Source of the DNA: Candidatus Poribacteria bacterium
Lineage (GTDB): Bacteria > Poribacteria > WGA-4E > PCPOR2b
Assembly (NCBI GenBank): GCA_965218095.1
Contig: OZ244587.1
Coordinates: 1,668,720-1,732,719, forward strand
Direction of reading: 5' to 3'
DNA length: 64,000 nt
Shown here: one piece after another, positions 19,995 to 30,302 of the stretch
How the letters are laid out: each line of letters begins with the position of its first letter
How positions within the stretch are numbered: the first letter of the stretch is position 1
Notes under the pieces: generated by a model
What the model was told of the DNA's origin: nothing
What the model saw: only the letters and a program-made list of their open reading frames with translations
Database searches by the model: none
Position numbers and translations under genes: made by a program

Positions 19995-20348
19995 TAAGGC
20001 ACCCGCCACACACGGGTGCGCTCGAATGATTGTACTGTCCACAATAAGCGACTCGATATCGGGGTCGGCGGCGAAGTGGGGGTGCATCTGTGTGAAGATA
20101 CCTTTGTCGCACCATCGAGCAAACCGCTTGTAGCGGGTGTTCCATTTGCCATAGGTGTCTGGTAGAAGTCTCCATTGAGCCCCGCTACGAGTCACCCACA
20201 GGACGGCTTCGACGAAGCGGCGTGTAGCAGCTTCGTCGCCAACATAGATGGTGAGACAGCTAAGAAGAAACCGGTATATCTTATTCCATTGTTCATCAGG
20301 TAAGGTTATTGGCGTCATTCTTCTATTATGCCACAACCTTATACTCAA
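19962..20348 (-). CDS. IS427-group transposase OrfA
   Basis: 128 aa, MSIRLWHNRRMTPITLPDEQWNKIYRFLL... It ends in the poly-A frameshift window. Confidence 0.8.
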   Translation of the reverse strand: MSIRLWHNRRMTPITLPDEQWNKIYRFLLSCLTIYVGDEAATRRFVEAVLWVTRSGAQWRLLPDTYGKWNTRYKRFARWCDKGIFTQMHPHFAADPDIESLIVDSTIIRAHPCVAGALKKRVALKTKR

Positions 20349-20365
20349 ATGTCAACAGAACCTAG

Positions 20366-20824
20366 TTTGAAATCCAAGATCTAGTTATAGCAACAATCTA
20401 TTCTTTGCGAGGTCGAATGTGTAAATTCTACACTCCTTGTGGAGACTACTACATCCTCACCAACTAGCACCAAAGGTTAATAGACCCTGGCTTTATCTCG
20501 GCATTTGCCGCCCAGGAGCTAATAGCATGGCACGCCCAGATATTTGCCTAGAATATCCCACAGGGCGATGTCAATGGCACTGAGCGCCCCCATAATTGCC
20601 GCCCCCCGAGAAAATGACTCACCGGTACAGATATTGCAGTGATGTTCAATCCGAAGGGGATTCTGCCCAATCAGGTGGCGTTTGAAGGTGTCGACTGCTT
20701 TTTCAGATGCCTCCAAGTATCCCCAGGCCCCCGATTCTCCTAAACCGGTAATTCCTTCGTCAGTGATCGCCTGCACAAAAAGGTAACTGTCAACCGGAAT
20801 TGTTTTTATCTCGACAATCTTCAT
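20366..20824 (-). pseudogene. enolase-superfamily (mandelate racemase/muconate-lactonising-enzyme N-terminal domain) gene with two in-frame stops, 3'-truncated by IS427-like copy 1
   Basis: MKIVEIKTIPVDSYLFVQAITDEGITGLGES...[28 protein letters not shown]. A GGAGG RBS. Canonical enzymes are about 380 aa. Confidence 0.7.
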
Positions 20825-21634
20825 AACGTTCCTCCAAACCTTCGTGACCCGGCTTGAATTGGTCTTGCTCTTTGGGTGTAACGCTGAATGAGTATAGCAC
20901 GAGATAGTAAACTGTGCAAGCACAATTTCTGGCGGCGTGAAGTATAAACTTAGTAAGCTGCAATTTTTTGATGAAGTTTTTCGCGGTATTGGAGTTATAT
21001 TAAATTTGTCAATAATGAAGTTCAGAGGCACAGAAGCCGATGGGATTACATTTTCCCTGGATTTCTATGTTCAATTTGTCAAATTATCCCAAAACAAGAA
21101 AGGAGACCATTAACATGATGGTTAACCATAGACGACAAACACGCACACCAGTGTTGAACACTCTTACAGAGCAAGTAAGTGAATCAATATCTGGAAACCT
21201 CCTCACATCCCCCGTGCACCACATTGCAGTTGCACACACAGGCGTCGGATTTGAGGAATGGACGGAAACGCCACAAAATCCATCCCGTTGCACAACTCCG
21301 TTCCGAGAGTCCGCAGACCGGACTCCGAAGGATCAGAGCCCTGATCTTGCGAGGGGCTTTTGTTTGGCCCAACTTTCAGTCATTCAGAGAAACACAGGTT
21401 TCGGTTTTAGGGAGACATACAAGCGCTCCTCATTGATTTGCGAAACAACTTTTTCATCGCCAAAGGAGGCAGGAAATGGGAGGTACTTTAGCGTCCGATT
21501 TTGGACAAGAGCACGATTACGAGAAAGGCATAGGCCACGAGAAGATTCCGGCTAAATTGGCAGGCGTCCCCAGGGGGAAGGGCCCTGGTTGGATTGCCTG
21601 CCTTTCGACGACGGCACAGCCGAAGGAGGTGAGC

Positions 21635-22228
21635 ATGAGACGATCCGATGAAGACCTTATGTTTTCCGTTAAAGATGGAGATAGCGCGGCATTTGAAACT
21701 TTAACTAAGCGTCACTATGTAAATACCTTGAACTTTATTTATCGTTTCGTGAACAATCGCATGCTTGCGGAGGATTTGTGCCAGGAAACGTTCCTGCGCC
21801 TTTGGCGTAGCACACCGACCTATCAGCCGCTTGCGAAATTTACCACTTTCCTTTACCATATCGCAAAGAATGTATGTTTGAAGCAGCTTGCGAAAGACCA
21901 GCGTATTCCCAAGTTGTCATCGCTCGACGAACCACTTTTTAACGAGTGTAACAGTGACTACAATCTCTCAGAGGAGATTGAGGATAACCGGTACTTGCCG
22001 GAGGAAACGACGATTGCCAAAGAGGCGGATGAAGCCATCCGTTCGGCGATCGGTGACCTCTCGGAAGAGCATCGGTTGGTTTTCGTTTTGACAGAGTTAC
22101 AAGGATTGTCGTATCAGGAGGTCGCTGAGATTGCTCGGTGTCCTATTGGTACGGTCGCTTCTCGGAAGAATGCAGCGGTCAGGCAACTTCAGAGAAGTTT
22201 GACACGATACATCAAGAGCATAGATTAA
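21635..22228 (+). CDS. ECF-type RNA polymerase sigma-70 factor
   Basis: Region 2 (FETLTKRHYVNTLNFIYRFV...ETFLRLW) and region 4 (LSYQEVAEIARCPIGTVASR) are present. A GGAGG RBS sits 5 nt before the ATG at 21635. An in-frame alternative start at 21476 also has a GGAGG RBS. Confidence 0.8.
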   Translation: MRRSDEDLMFSVKDGDSAAFETLTKRHYVNTLNFIYRFVNNRMLAEDLCQETFLRLWRSTPTYQPLAKFTTFLYHIAKNVCLKQLAKDQRIPKLSSLDEPLFNECNSDYNLSEEIEDNRYLPEETTIAKEADEAIRSAIGDLSEEHRLVFVLTELQGLSYQEVAEIARCPIGTVASRKNAAVRQLQRSLTRYIKSID

Positions 22229-22280
22229 TCAGCTTTCTGCTTCAATCTGTAGTGGTCAGGAAGATGGTAGACATCATTCC

Positions 22281-22340
22281 TTGTAGGGTGGGCACCGCCC
22301 ACCAAAAGCACCGAAGCACGCGGTGGGCAGTGCCCACCCT
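22281..22340 (+). terminator. long near-perfect hairpin (21-bp stem with one mismatch, 18-nt loop) downstream of the sigma factor gene
   Basis: GTAGGGTGGGCACCGCCCACC...GGTGGGCAGTGCCCACCCTAC. No strong U-tract, so it may be a REP-like or attenuator element rather than a classical terminator. Confidence 0.4.
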
Positions 22341-22612
22341 ACGATTTGTCGCTTAGATTTGGTGAACAAAAGTGTCTATCATCCTATTGATCATTACACT
22401 TTCCGCTTCAATCGCAGATTTTGGATTGAAATCACAGTTTTGGGTTTCGGGTAATTGTGCCGTTGGCGGGATGTTATCTCTCGCCAGGAACATCAGTGAA
22501 GCGCCTGCCGCCGCACCCGAAACCCTTTTTTTGCGCGAACTAGTAGCGCATAGCCTGCCCTCGATGCAATCGAGGTCTACCGGCTTGCGCACTCAAAGTC
22601 AAGTTACGCACG

Positions 22613-22966
22613 ATGAAAATACCAATCAAACAATATCAAGAACTCCTTGCTGATTATCTCAAGCCACAATGGCCCAGAGTCATTTTGCTATCCCTGCTAT
22701 TGCTTGGCGGTATCGGTGCCCAAACCTTCAATCCACAGATGATGCGGTATTTTATCGACGCGGCGGTGACGGGAAGTCCGCTTGGAAAGCTGGTCATAGC
22801 GGCGTTCATTTTTATGGGCGTGGCGATCCTCCACCAAATCTTCGCTGTCTCTGCGAGGTATGTGAGCGAGAAGGTTGGCTGGATAAGGTATTTGCGTGAG
22901 TTCATGGCGTTTTTTGGCTTCAAGATAATTGCGTGCGCTTCCGTATTTTTTGCAAATTTTGCGTAA
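22613..22966 (+). pseudogene. N-terminal 117-aa fragment of an ABC exporter transmembrane domain (MsbA-like)
   Basis: YLKPQWPRVILLSLLLLGGIGAQTFNPQMMRYFIDAAV. No ATPase domain follows in frame. Confidence 0.45.
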
Positions 22967-23103
22967 TCTGAGCGTTGTTGGATCCGGATTCTTCGCCTGT
23001 TCAGCCCGCATCCGGTTTCCGTGTTCGATCCACTCGGTCAGGTGTTCAATCCGAACTTTCACAAGTTCGGCTACGCATCAAGACTAATTTTAAGCGCAGT
23101 ATT

Positions 23104-23916
23104 ATGCTGTCTACAAGACAAATGCACCCAAACACACTTCACAAGTACTGGAAAACCACAACCATCGCCGCGGCGGGCTATGCGGGCAATAACCTGTTGT
23201 TCTTGATGGACTATCTGCTGCGCTTTCTGCGGGTAGCGGTGCTGCTCTCCATTTGGCGCGTTATCCTTGAAGGCAAAGACGAGGTTTCGGGCATGACGCT
23301 GGAATCTGTGCTGACCTACACATTGGTCTCGGAGGTTTTCAGGGAACAGCTTGCGCTCCGTGTCAAGTTAGATACCGCACTCTGGGAGGGTTCCATCGCG
23401 ACCCGCTTCCTGCGCCCGATTGGCGTCTTCGGGCAATTCATTTCGGAGATGGTTGGTAGGTGGATCTTTGGATTCTGCCTGTTCTCAGCCCCTCTGTTAC
23501 TCGTTGCGCCAATATTGGGTGTAAACTCTTTGCCTGCAAGTGCAGAAGCCGCCGGGCTGTTTGTGCTGAGTTTGGCGTTGGCGATTTCGGTTGGACTGGC
23601 GTTGGAGTTCGCTTACGGTGCGCTGATGGTCGCACTGGAACACAATCTCTACACGCTCGACATGGTACGCAACGCCATCGGTGCCGTGCTTTCAGGGGCG
23701 CTGTTGCCGCTCGCGCTGCTGCCATGGCGACTCGGAGAGATCTTCGCGTGGCTGCCTTTCGCTTCAATGGCATCCGCACCGCTGCAGATCTACGTTGGGA
23801 CAGGCAATACCTTTCGGCTAATCGTAGTGCAGATAGGTTGGTCGATTCTCCTATGGCCTGCCGCGTATGGGTTGTGGCGGAAATATCGTGAAAAGCTGGT
23901 GTCTCATGGAGGGTAA
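23104..23916 (+). CDS. ABC-2-type transporter permease
   Basis: Six predicted TM helices. Lies in an operon with the next two genes. Confidence 0.55.
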   Translation: MLSTRQMHPNTLHKYWKTTTIAAAGYAGNNLLFLMDYLLRFLRVAVLLSIWRVILEGKDEVSGMTLESVLTYTLVSEVFREQLALRVKLDTALWEGSIATRFLRPIGVFGQFISEMVGRWIFGFCLFSAPLLLVAPILGVNSLPASAEAAGLFVLSLALAISVGLALEFAYGALMVALEHNLYTLDMVRNAIGAVLSGALLPLALLPWRLGEIFAWLPFASMASAPLQIYVGTGNTFRLIVVQIGWSILLWPAAYGLWRKYREKLVSHGG

Positions 23917-23925
23917 CAAAAGTCA

Positions 23926-24801
23926 ATGGGTTCAGGAGTTCATCAGTTCAGGCGTTCATTCACGTTTTACGTTTCACGCATCTTCCAACTTTGGCGCGTC
24001 CACGCCTACTTGGATCTGATATGGGTGATGCGCGATTTGAGAAATGTGATTATCTACTACCTGTCAGACGTCATCTTAAATATCGCTAGAGTCACGGGAA
24101 CCTTGTTGCTTGCCGAGCGATTTGAAGGCATTGGATCGTGGACAAAGTTTCAGGTCACCTTCATGCTCGGCTACGGAATAGCCGTGGGTGGAATCGTGTA
24201 CACTTTCTTTGGTTACAATGTCGCCACCATCAGTCGGCGTTTGGGGCGCGGGCAGTTAGATCACACGTTGATTCAGCCGCAGCCCATCTGGATTTGCCTG
24301 CTGACGGAGGGATTCAACCCATTTTCGGGGTCGGCGATTCTCTTTTCTGGCTTCGGGTTGATAGTTTGGGCGGGGGTTAAACTGTCATTCACCGTATCCC
24401 TCGGTTGGTTCGCAATGAGTCTCCTGAATCTTGTAGCATCTTCAGCCATCATGCTATCGTTTTCGTTTTTGTGGGGGAGTTTGGCATTCTGGGCACCGCG
24501 TGGAGCGGAGGAAATCAGCAGTTCAACGAATCGGTTGATGAACCAACTCAGTCCTTTTCCGCTCGATGGACTGGCACCTTCCCTATTAGGGGGAATGCTC
24601 ACGGTTTGTCCGGTGGGCTTTGTCGCGTGGTATCCGTGCCGTTATCTTTTGGGGCTAGACGTCCGCGCTTGGAGCGGTTGGGTAACCCCATTGGCTGCGA
24701 TTTTTTTTGGCGCAGCTACAGTGTTCTTTTTTCTGAAGGGATTGAAACATTATGGTCAAACCGGATCACAACGATACCTCAGATTCGGACATCGTAATTG
24801 A
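23926..24801 (+). CDS. ABC-2-type transporter permease
   Basis: Polytopic membrane protein. Translationally coupled to the downstream ATPase. Confidence 0.55.
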   Translation: MGSGVHQFRRSFTFYVSRIFQLWRVHAYLDLIWVMRDLRNVIIYYLSDVILNIARVTGTLLLAERFEGIGSWTKFQVTFMLGYGIAVGGIVYTFFGYNVATISRRLGRGQLDHTLIQPQPIWICLLTEGFNPFSGSAILFSGFGLIVWAGVKLSFTVSLGWFAMSLLNLVASSAIMLSFSFLWGSLAFWAPRGAEEISSSTNRLMNQLSPFPLDGLAPSLLGGMLTVCPVGFVAWYPCRYLLGLDVRAWSGWVTPLAAIFFGAATVFFFLKGLKHYGQTGSQRYLRFGHRN

Positions 24802-25768
24802 ACTTTCGGGCGTCTGCAAGACGTTCCGACAAAAGCAGCGTTCTGAACGGTTGAGGGATGTCCTTCACAATCTGTTTCGTCCGCAGATTCGTGAGGTTCA
24901 TGCGTTGCGCGATGTCAACCTACGCATTCGGCGCGGGGAGATTGTCGCCTATGCGGGCCCCAATGGCGCGGGGAAAAGCTCGACGGTGAAAATCCTATCG
25001 AGTCTGTTGGTCCCTGACGCAGGAACAGCCTGTGTTTTAGGAATGGATCCGGCGCGTGATCGGGTCCGCTATGTCGGCAGGATTGGTGTGGTGTTTGGTC
25101 AGCGGACGGAGCTTTGGTGGGATCAGCCAATTGCATCGAGTTTCGAGTGGAAGCGTGTGGTGTGGAACATCCCGCGAGATCGCTACAATCGAATGCTCGA
25201 TCTTGTGAAGGAGTTGTTGGGATTGGGTGAACTCTTCAACAGCTTAGCCCGCGAACTGAGTTTGGGTCAACGGATGCGTGCAGATCTCGGGCTAGCGCTG
25301 CTGCATGAGCCGGAGATCCTCTTCCTCGACGAACCAACAATTGGTGTGGATGTGCTGGTAAAGCGCAATATCCTTGAATTTATCAAAGACCTCAACCGGG
25401 AACAAAGCGTCACAGTCATGCTGACGAGTCACGATATGTCGGAGCTTGAACAACTCGCTGGGCGGATTGTCCTGATAGATCGCGGCCAAATCACGTTTGA
25501 CGGCGATTTTGATCGGCTTCGGCGTGAATTCGGCGATCGCCGTCGCCTGCTGATTGAAACGGTGGATGCTTTCCCACCGGATCTGAAAGGCGCAGCCCTG
25601 ATCAAGAGCAAAGCGAACCGGCACAATTACATCTTTGACGCATCTCAGGTGAAGATTCCTGTTTTGTTAGAGCAGGCAGCAGCACAAACGCAGATCTTGG
25701 ATGTTGAAACGCACCGGGCATCGATTGACGATGTGATTGCGGATATTTATGAAAAGTGGCAGAAGTGA
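24752..25768 (+). CDS. ABC transporter ATP-binding protein
   Basis: Walker A GPNGAGKSS, signature LSLGQRMR, Walker B ILFLDEPT. Confidence 0.85.
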   Translation: MVKPDHNDTSDSDIVIELSGVCKTFRQKQRSERLRDVLHNLFRPQIREVHALRDVNLRIRRGEIVAYAGPNGAGKSSTVKILSSLLVPDAGTACVLGMDPARDRVRYVGRIGVVFGQRTELWWDQPIASSFEWKRVVWNIPRDRYNRMLDLVKELLGLGELFNSLARELSLGQRMRADLGLALLHEPEILFLDEPTIGVDVLVKRNILEFIKDLNREQSVTVMLTSHDMSELEQLAGRIVLIDRGQITFDGDFDRLRREFGDRRRLLIETVDAFPPDLKGAALIKSKANRHNYIFDASQVKIPVLLEQAAAQTQILDVETHRASIDDVIADIYEKWQK

Positions 25769-25860
25769 AAGTCTTTTAATTTTTAGCGAAGAATTCGGCT
25801 GTAACTTGGTTTTACATATCAGCGGAAGCAATGATGGTCCCATGAGATTTGGAGGACAGG

Positions 25861-26258
25861 ATGGCGGCGGTTAGAACCTTTGGACGATACTCTACCTTGG
25901 GGGAGATGAAGGCGTATTACAATCGAGATGACGTACTGGCTTTCCTGTACGAAGAATGTCAGTTGCGAAATGTTTACGCGATCTTTCAGTACAACAAATG
26001 GAAGATCGCAGGGTTTCCAAAGGTCAGCCCCAATCGATTGATGTGATAGTCACCAAAACCTCTGGAAAATTGAGGATTCTGTCTTGGATTAACGGTTTTC
26101 TCACCCTGCAAGACGAAGCCCCTGTGAGCGAGGACCAGCCCGCCGTTGACGCCATTCATCGTTGGGTCGAGACAGAATATGCCAACGGTAGAGAAGAGTC
26201 CATTTCCGAAGAAGAAATGGTGATACAGGGCATGACACGTCTGGGAAGTAACGAGTAA
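25861..26258 (+). pseudogene. hypothetical protein with an apparent +1 frame change near 26030-26040
   Basis: A GGAGG RBS before the ATG at 25861. The ORFs 25849-26046 and 25956-26258 overlap in adjacent frames. Confidence 0.25.
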
Positions 26259-26449
26259 TAGCGTCATGAGTAAAGAATAGACCGAATCTTCACTCATGAT
26301 TTATTACGTTTTACGCATTACGAAAGAGCTTTCTCAGAAAGCCCATCCGAAATGGGGGACTGCCATCATTTGGCAGGCCTCTGAATCCAGTGATTTCAGG
26401 CTTTCCGAGTTTCTGAGAGAGCTCACGAAATCGAAAGGAGGATTGAAAA

Positions 26450-26815
26450 ATGAAGTGTAATGATGTCCGTGAAAAATTTGTCGCCTATATTGATGGCGAA
26501 CTTTCATCAATGGGAAGGCATGCAATCAAGGCGCATCTCGGTAATTGTAAGGAGTGTGCTACCGAATGCGAAAAACTGAGAGAAGCAGTCGAATCGATCC
26601 ATCAGGCAGCGCCTATCCAACCCGCAGAAGATTGGTGGGAGAAATTGCGGGAACGGATTCATGTGACCGAATCCGACGTTGTGTCTGAACTCCGTGAACT
26701 GCGTGAATCTGTTGTGCGTCTGGAAGATCGGGTGGATGGCAGCGAGTCAGGTCAGACAGGCGAAAGAGATTATAACACTGGAAGAGGTCGCCGCTTATGT
26801 TCAAATCGCGCCTGA
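26450..26815 (+). CDS. zf-HC2-type anti-sigma factor
   Basis: MKCNDVREKFVAYIDGELS...HLGNCKECATEC matches the H-x3-C-x2-C anti-sigma zinc finger. AAGGAGG RBS. Confidence 0.55.
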   Translation: MKCNDVREKFVAYIDGELSSMGRHAIKAHLGNCKECATECEKLREAVESIHQAAPIQPAEDWWEKLRERIHVTESDVVSELRELRESVVRLEDRVDGSESGQTGERDYNTGRGRRLCSNRA

Positions 26816-26938
26816 CACAATGTGGAAACTGCTCGACGAAATTCCTCACTTCTAGGTAGGTTATGAACTACGGTTCAAGAAATCCAGCGTTGATGCGTAT
26901 GAAGGAGAATGGGAGTCACGGCGATTCATTCTAGTGAA
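26735..26938 (+). pseudogene. excisionase/MerR-like HTH (HTH_17-type) ORF overlapping the anti-sigma 3' end, with an in-frame TAG
   Basis: MAASQVRQAKEIITLEEVAAYVQIAPDTMWKLLDEIPHF*VGYELRFKKSSVDAYEGEW. Confidence 0.3.
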
Positions 26939-27118
26939 CTGGCTGGATTGACTGGGGCAGCTTGAACAGCAATACAAGATGCAAAATACAGGATACAAGA
27001 TGGAAGTGAATCTTACATCCTGAATCCTTCTCACGCTGGGCGGAATCAATCTCTTCGACATCACTTTTCTTTTGTGCCTTTGCGCCCTGGTGGTTTTGAG
27101 AAAATCTGGATGGTTTTC

Positions 27119-28288
27119 TCATTTTTCGTTCAAATCAAGATCAAAAACCCCTGTATCCTCCGAGGCTTCTTCTTGAGTCTGACTTTCGGCCTGTTTTGCT
27201 TGTTCAGCCGTGACAGCTTGTTCAGGGGAAGTCTCCAGTTTGGGAGACCGCCCGCCGAGGATGGTAAGCAGGACGATTAGCAGCACGGAGAGACTGGTGA
27301 CCGTCAGCGCGATCGGGCGTTTTCGCAAGGGGACTCGTCCTCGCTTGTCTAAAAAGGGCAAGCACAGGAGCAGGAGGATAGCAAGGGTGGGAATCACAAA
27401 GGCGCCGATCACTTCAAGCGGTCCCTCGAAATATTTGAGCAATTGAAACAAAAACAGGAAATACCACTCTGGACGTGGGTCGTAGCTGGCATCGGTCGGA
27501 TCGGCGAGCTTTTCGAGCGGCACAGGGACAAAGATCGCCATCGCCGCGAGGATGATCAATAGCACGAGGATCGCGACGGCGTCTTCAAAAAGCTGATCTG
27601 GATAAAAGGGTTTGCCCCCCTGCATTTCCTCTGGCTTATTTTGGGGCAATCCCGATGAGCCGTAATAGCGCACGAAAAACAGATGAACCCCAACGAGCCC
27701 AAAGGCAAGCCAGGGTAACCAAATGGTGTGGAGGGCGTAAAATCGAGTTAAGGTGACTGCACCAACCTCTTCCCCGCCACGGAGAATCTTGCCAACGAAA
27801 TCCCCCACGAAAGGCACCGTACCCGCAATCTTCACACCGACTACAGTTGCCCAGTAAGCCTTTTGGTCCCAAGGTAGCAGATAGCCTGTGAAACCAAATC
27901 CCAAAACCACCAGCAGCAGAATCACCCCAACTACCCATGTCATCTCTCTTGGGGCTTTGTAGGATCCGTAAATCACGACCCGCAGCAAGTGCAAAAACAC
28001 GACAATCACCATCGCACTAGACCCCCAATGATGCAACCCACGCACAAAGCCGCCAAAGGGAACTTCCTTACTGATGTAGTTTACAGCATCATAAGCGTGG
28101 TCGGGTGAGGGCGAATAATAAAACGCCAGAAACGCCCCGGTAACGGCTTGAAGAATCAGCAAAAAAGCTGCTATGCTCCCCAAAGAAAACAGCCAGTTGA
28201 TATGCTTCGGCAGCGGCTTTTTGAGATGGTTTTCCATGTCTTTCAACGGAAGTCGATCTCTCAGGAATGCGGCAATTTTGCGTTGCAT
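27119..28288 (-). CDS. qcrB: cytochrome b subunit of a Rieske/cytochrome b (bc/b6f-type) complex
   Basis: 389 aa, polytopic, with conserved haem-ligand His pairs (GLHHWGSS..., ...HTIWLPW...). Confidence 0.85.
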   Translation of the reverse strand: MQRKIAAFLRDRLPLKDMENHLKKPLPKHINWLFSLGSIAAFLLILQAVTGAFLAFYYSPSPDHAYDAVNYISKEVPFGGFVRGLHHWGSSAMVIVVFLHLLRVVIYGSYKAPREMTWVVGVILLLVVLGFGFTGYLLPWDQKAYWATVVGVKIAGTVPFVGDFVGKILRGGEEVGAVTLTRFYALHTIWLPWLAFGLVGVHLFFVRYYGSSGLPQNKPEEMQGGKPFYPDQLFEDAVAILVLLIILAAMAIFVPVPLEKLADPTDASYDPRPEWYFLFLFQLLKYFEGPLEVIGAFVIPTLAILLLLCLPFLDKRGRVPLRKRPIALTVTSLSVLLIVLLTILGGRSPKLETSPEQAVTAEQAKQAESQTQEEASEDTGVFDLDLNEK

Positions 28289-28291
28289 CTG

Positions 28292-28777
28292 TTAAGCCTC
28301 CTTGACATACACAACTCCGTCTTCCACCTTGACCGGCAGTTTCTCCAGCGGACGCGGCGGTGGTCCAGCAACGACATTCCCCGCTTTGTCAAACACGCCC
28401 CCGTGACAGGGACAGAGGAACTGACCTTTCTTTTCGTCCCAGCGGACAAGGCATCCGAGATGGGTACAGACACGCGAGAAGACCACAAAGTTTCCATCCC
28501 CTCCATCCGTTACATAGACGGAGCGTTTTTTATTTATCTCAACCCAGCCATCTTTGGATTGAAAAGTGTAGTTGATTTTTTTATAGTGGCTATCTTTGAG
28601 CAAATCGACGATACCGAGGTCTACCCATTTTTTCGAGACTTTTTTGAGGGCTGGCGAAATCGCAAACCCGACCAGCGGCACGCCCATCGCTAGGCTGATG
28701 AGACCACCGATGAAAGCGATGCCGGCTTTGAAGAAGGCGCGCCGTTTGGATTGTCCAACATGTGTTTCAGAAGCCAT
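28292..28777 (-). CDS. qcrA: Rieske [2Fe-2S] iron-sulfur protein
   Basis: CTHLGC...CPCHGG boxes. Tat-like [11 protein letters not shown]-terminus. A GGAGGA RBS precedes the ATG at 28777. Confidence 0.85.
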   Translation of the reverse strand: MASETHVGQSKRRAFFKAGIAFIGGLISLAMGVPLVGFAISPALKKVSKKWVDLGIVDLLKDSHYKKINYTFQSKDGWVEINKKRSVYVTDGGDGNFVVFSRVCTHLGCLVRWDEKKGQFLCPCHGGVFDKAGNVVAGPPPRPLEKLPVKVEDGVVYVKEA

Positions 28778-28823
28778 TTTTACTTCCTCCGAATGAGCAG
28801 GTGGGAAAGTGAGAAAGTGGGCT

Positions 28824-29231
28824 TTAGTCTCGCTTGGTTCGGCTGAGTAGCCACTTCTCTGGTTGATTCCCCATTGAAACCAGTTTGCCGATAATCTGAT
28901 CGTACTTTCTGAATAGACGGCTGTAGCCTTCCCGGCTGATGTAGCCACATTTTTCACTATATTCGAGCCAAACCTGGGTTTCAGCCGCTTCGCCTTCCGC
29001 CTCGTTCATCTTATTGACGAAAGCGGCTTCATATTTCCGACGTCTCCAGCCCTCAGCAATCTGACCCGAGACAGACCGTGATGAACGACGAATCTGATCG
29101 GTTAGGCTGTATCTCTCCTCTACGGGAAACGATTTCGAGAGTTCATAGATCTCCATCGCAGCTTCGACGGAAAGTTTATAGACATCAAGTTGCCAATGAT
29201 ATTGAATCCTCTCGCTCATTCGCTCCTCCAA
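28824..29231 (-). CDS. four-helix-bundle protein (TIGR02436-like) inserted within the operon
   Basis: 135 aa. Resembles the 23S-rRNA-intervening-sequence-type helical proteins. Confidence 0.5.
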   Translation of the reverse strand: MEERMSERIQYHWQLDVYKLSVEAAMEIYELSKSFPVEERYSLTDQIRRSSRSVSGQIAEGWRRRKYEAAFVNKMNEAEGEAAETQVWLEYSEKCGYISREGYSRLFRKYDQIIGKLVSMGNQPEKWLLSRTKRD

Positions 29232-29262
29232 TTCTCACTGTCTCACTTTCCCACTTTCTCCG

Positions 29263-30252
29263 TTATTGCCCTTCCTTCAGATCTTCGTCTAGGTCGACTT
29301 CCTCTACACTAAAGCGGAGATGCACTTTGTTGACTAAATCGATGATGTCCTGCCACTGCTTTTGGGTCTTATCAGAAATCCCCTCTTTTTCGAGGGATTC
29401 TGCAAGCTCATGGAGCGCATCATGGACCTGTTTCTGCAGATAGGCGTATTCTTCCTCGTTATTCGGATTCTTTGGTGGCACAAACACGGGGATTAACTCG
29501 GCGTACTCCCCAAGCTGTTTCGCCGCCTTAACCACGTCGGCTTTACTTTCTCCTGTTTTGAAGTATTCCCGAATGACGATGTAAGACTCGTGCATGGTGT
29601 GCATCAACGCTTTGAGGTCTTCAAACTCATCGGCGTCATCCCCGTGTCCATGACTGTGGTCGTGTGCATCTGTTTCCGCCTTTGGCTGCTCCTTCTTTTT
29701 GAGAAAGAGTGTGTAACTCATCGCGAGCATCTTTTTCGGCATGAGCGCAACCGCTTGAGAGGCTTCCTCTTGACCGGCGACCGGTTCGACATTTTCCCCG
29801 ACTTTGAATTTATCTTCAATCCTCTTGCCGATAAACTGCTTGAGGAATTTGTCGTCGCCAATGTCGGAGGCTTCTTTATGTTTATAGACCTCGACTTTGA
29901 CGACCTTTCCATTCATGTCGAGTCCAACGCCGCCATCAATGACGCCATGTGGTCCTTTGACATCCACAAACAAGATAAGACCTAGCGGTTTCTTATTGTC
30001 GTTCACTGCGACGTAAAAGGTTGGCTTGAGGTCTTCAGAACGCAGCTTGGTTCCGATCTCTCTTTCGATCGATGCGACTTGATCTGCTGTTAAGACAGCT
30101 TTTTTTTCAACAAATTCCTTTGCCTTCGGAAAAATGGAAGCTAATTTTTTGCCGGGCCAGGTTTTCTCTTGCGCCCATGTGACGGTTACTGGTAAGACAG
30201 TTAGTATGCTTAAAAGAGCGATTAGGCAAAGTGCAACTGCTTTGGATTTCAT
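29263..30252 (-). CDS. secreted FMN-binding-domain protein
   Basis: Signal peptide. TFYVAVNDNKKPLGLILFVDVKGPHGVIDGGVGLDMNGKVVKVEVYKHKE matches an FMN_bind domain. His-rich linker. An AAGGAAGG RBS. Confidence 0.5.
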   Translation of the reverse strand: MKSKAVALCLIALLSILTVLPVTVTWAQEKTWPGKKLASIFPKAKEFVEKKAVLTADQVASIEREIGTKLRSEDLKPTFYVAVNDNKKPLGLILFVDVKGPHGVIDGGVGLDMNGKVVKVEVYKHKEASDIGDDKFLKQFIGKRIEDKFKVGENVEPVAGQEEASQAVALMPKKMLAMSYTLFLKKKEQPKAETDAHDHSHGHGDDADEFEDLKALMHTMHESYIVIREYFKTGESKADVVKAAKQLGEYAELIPVFVPPKNPNNEEEYAYLQKQVHDALHELAESLEKEGISDKTQKQWQDIIDLVNKVHLRFSVEEVDLDEDLKEGQ

Positions 30253-30302
30253 CGGTTTTTCCTTCCTTAAATGATTGAAAATTGATTTGCTCCCAACTAT
30301 TC

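Larger units (their letters stand above)
19543..20362 (-). mobile_element. IS5-family (IS427-group) insertion sequence, copy 1, 820 bp
   Basis: 12-bp perfect terminal inverted repeat GGTTCTGTTGAC...GTCAACAGAACC. A TA target duplication in a CTAG site (19541-42 and 20363-64). orfA (19962-20348) and orfB (19558-20175) are linked by an A8G slippery run at 19988-19995. Confidence 0.85.

Noticed and set aside
21115-21555. 147-codon ORF with an AAGGAGA RBS upstream of the sigma factor
   Set aside because: Low-complexity, Arg/Ser/Thr-rich translation with no motif. It overlaps the alternative in-frame sigma start region. It is more likely a leader or UTR.
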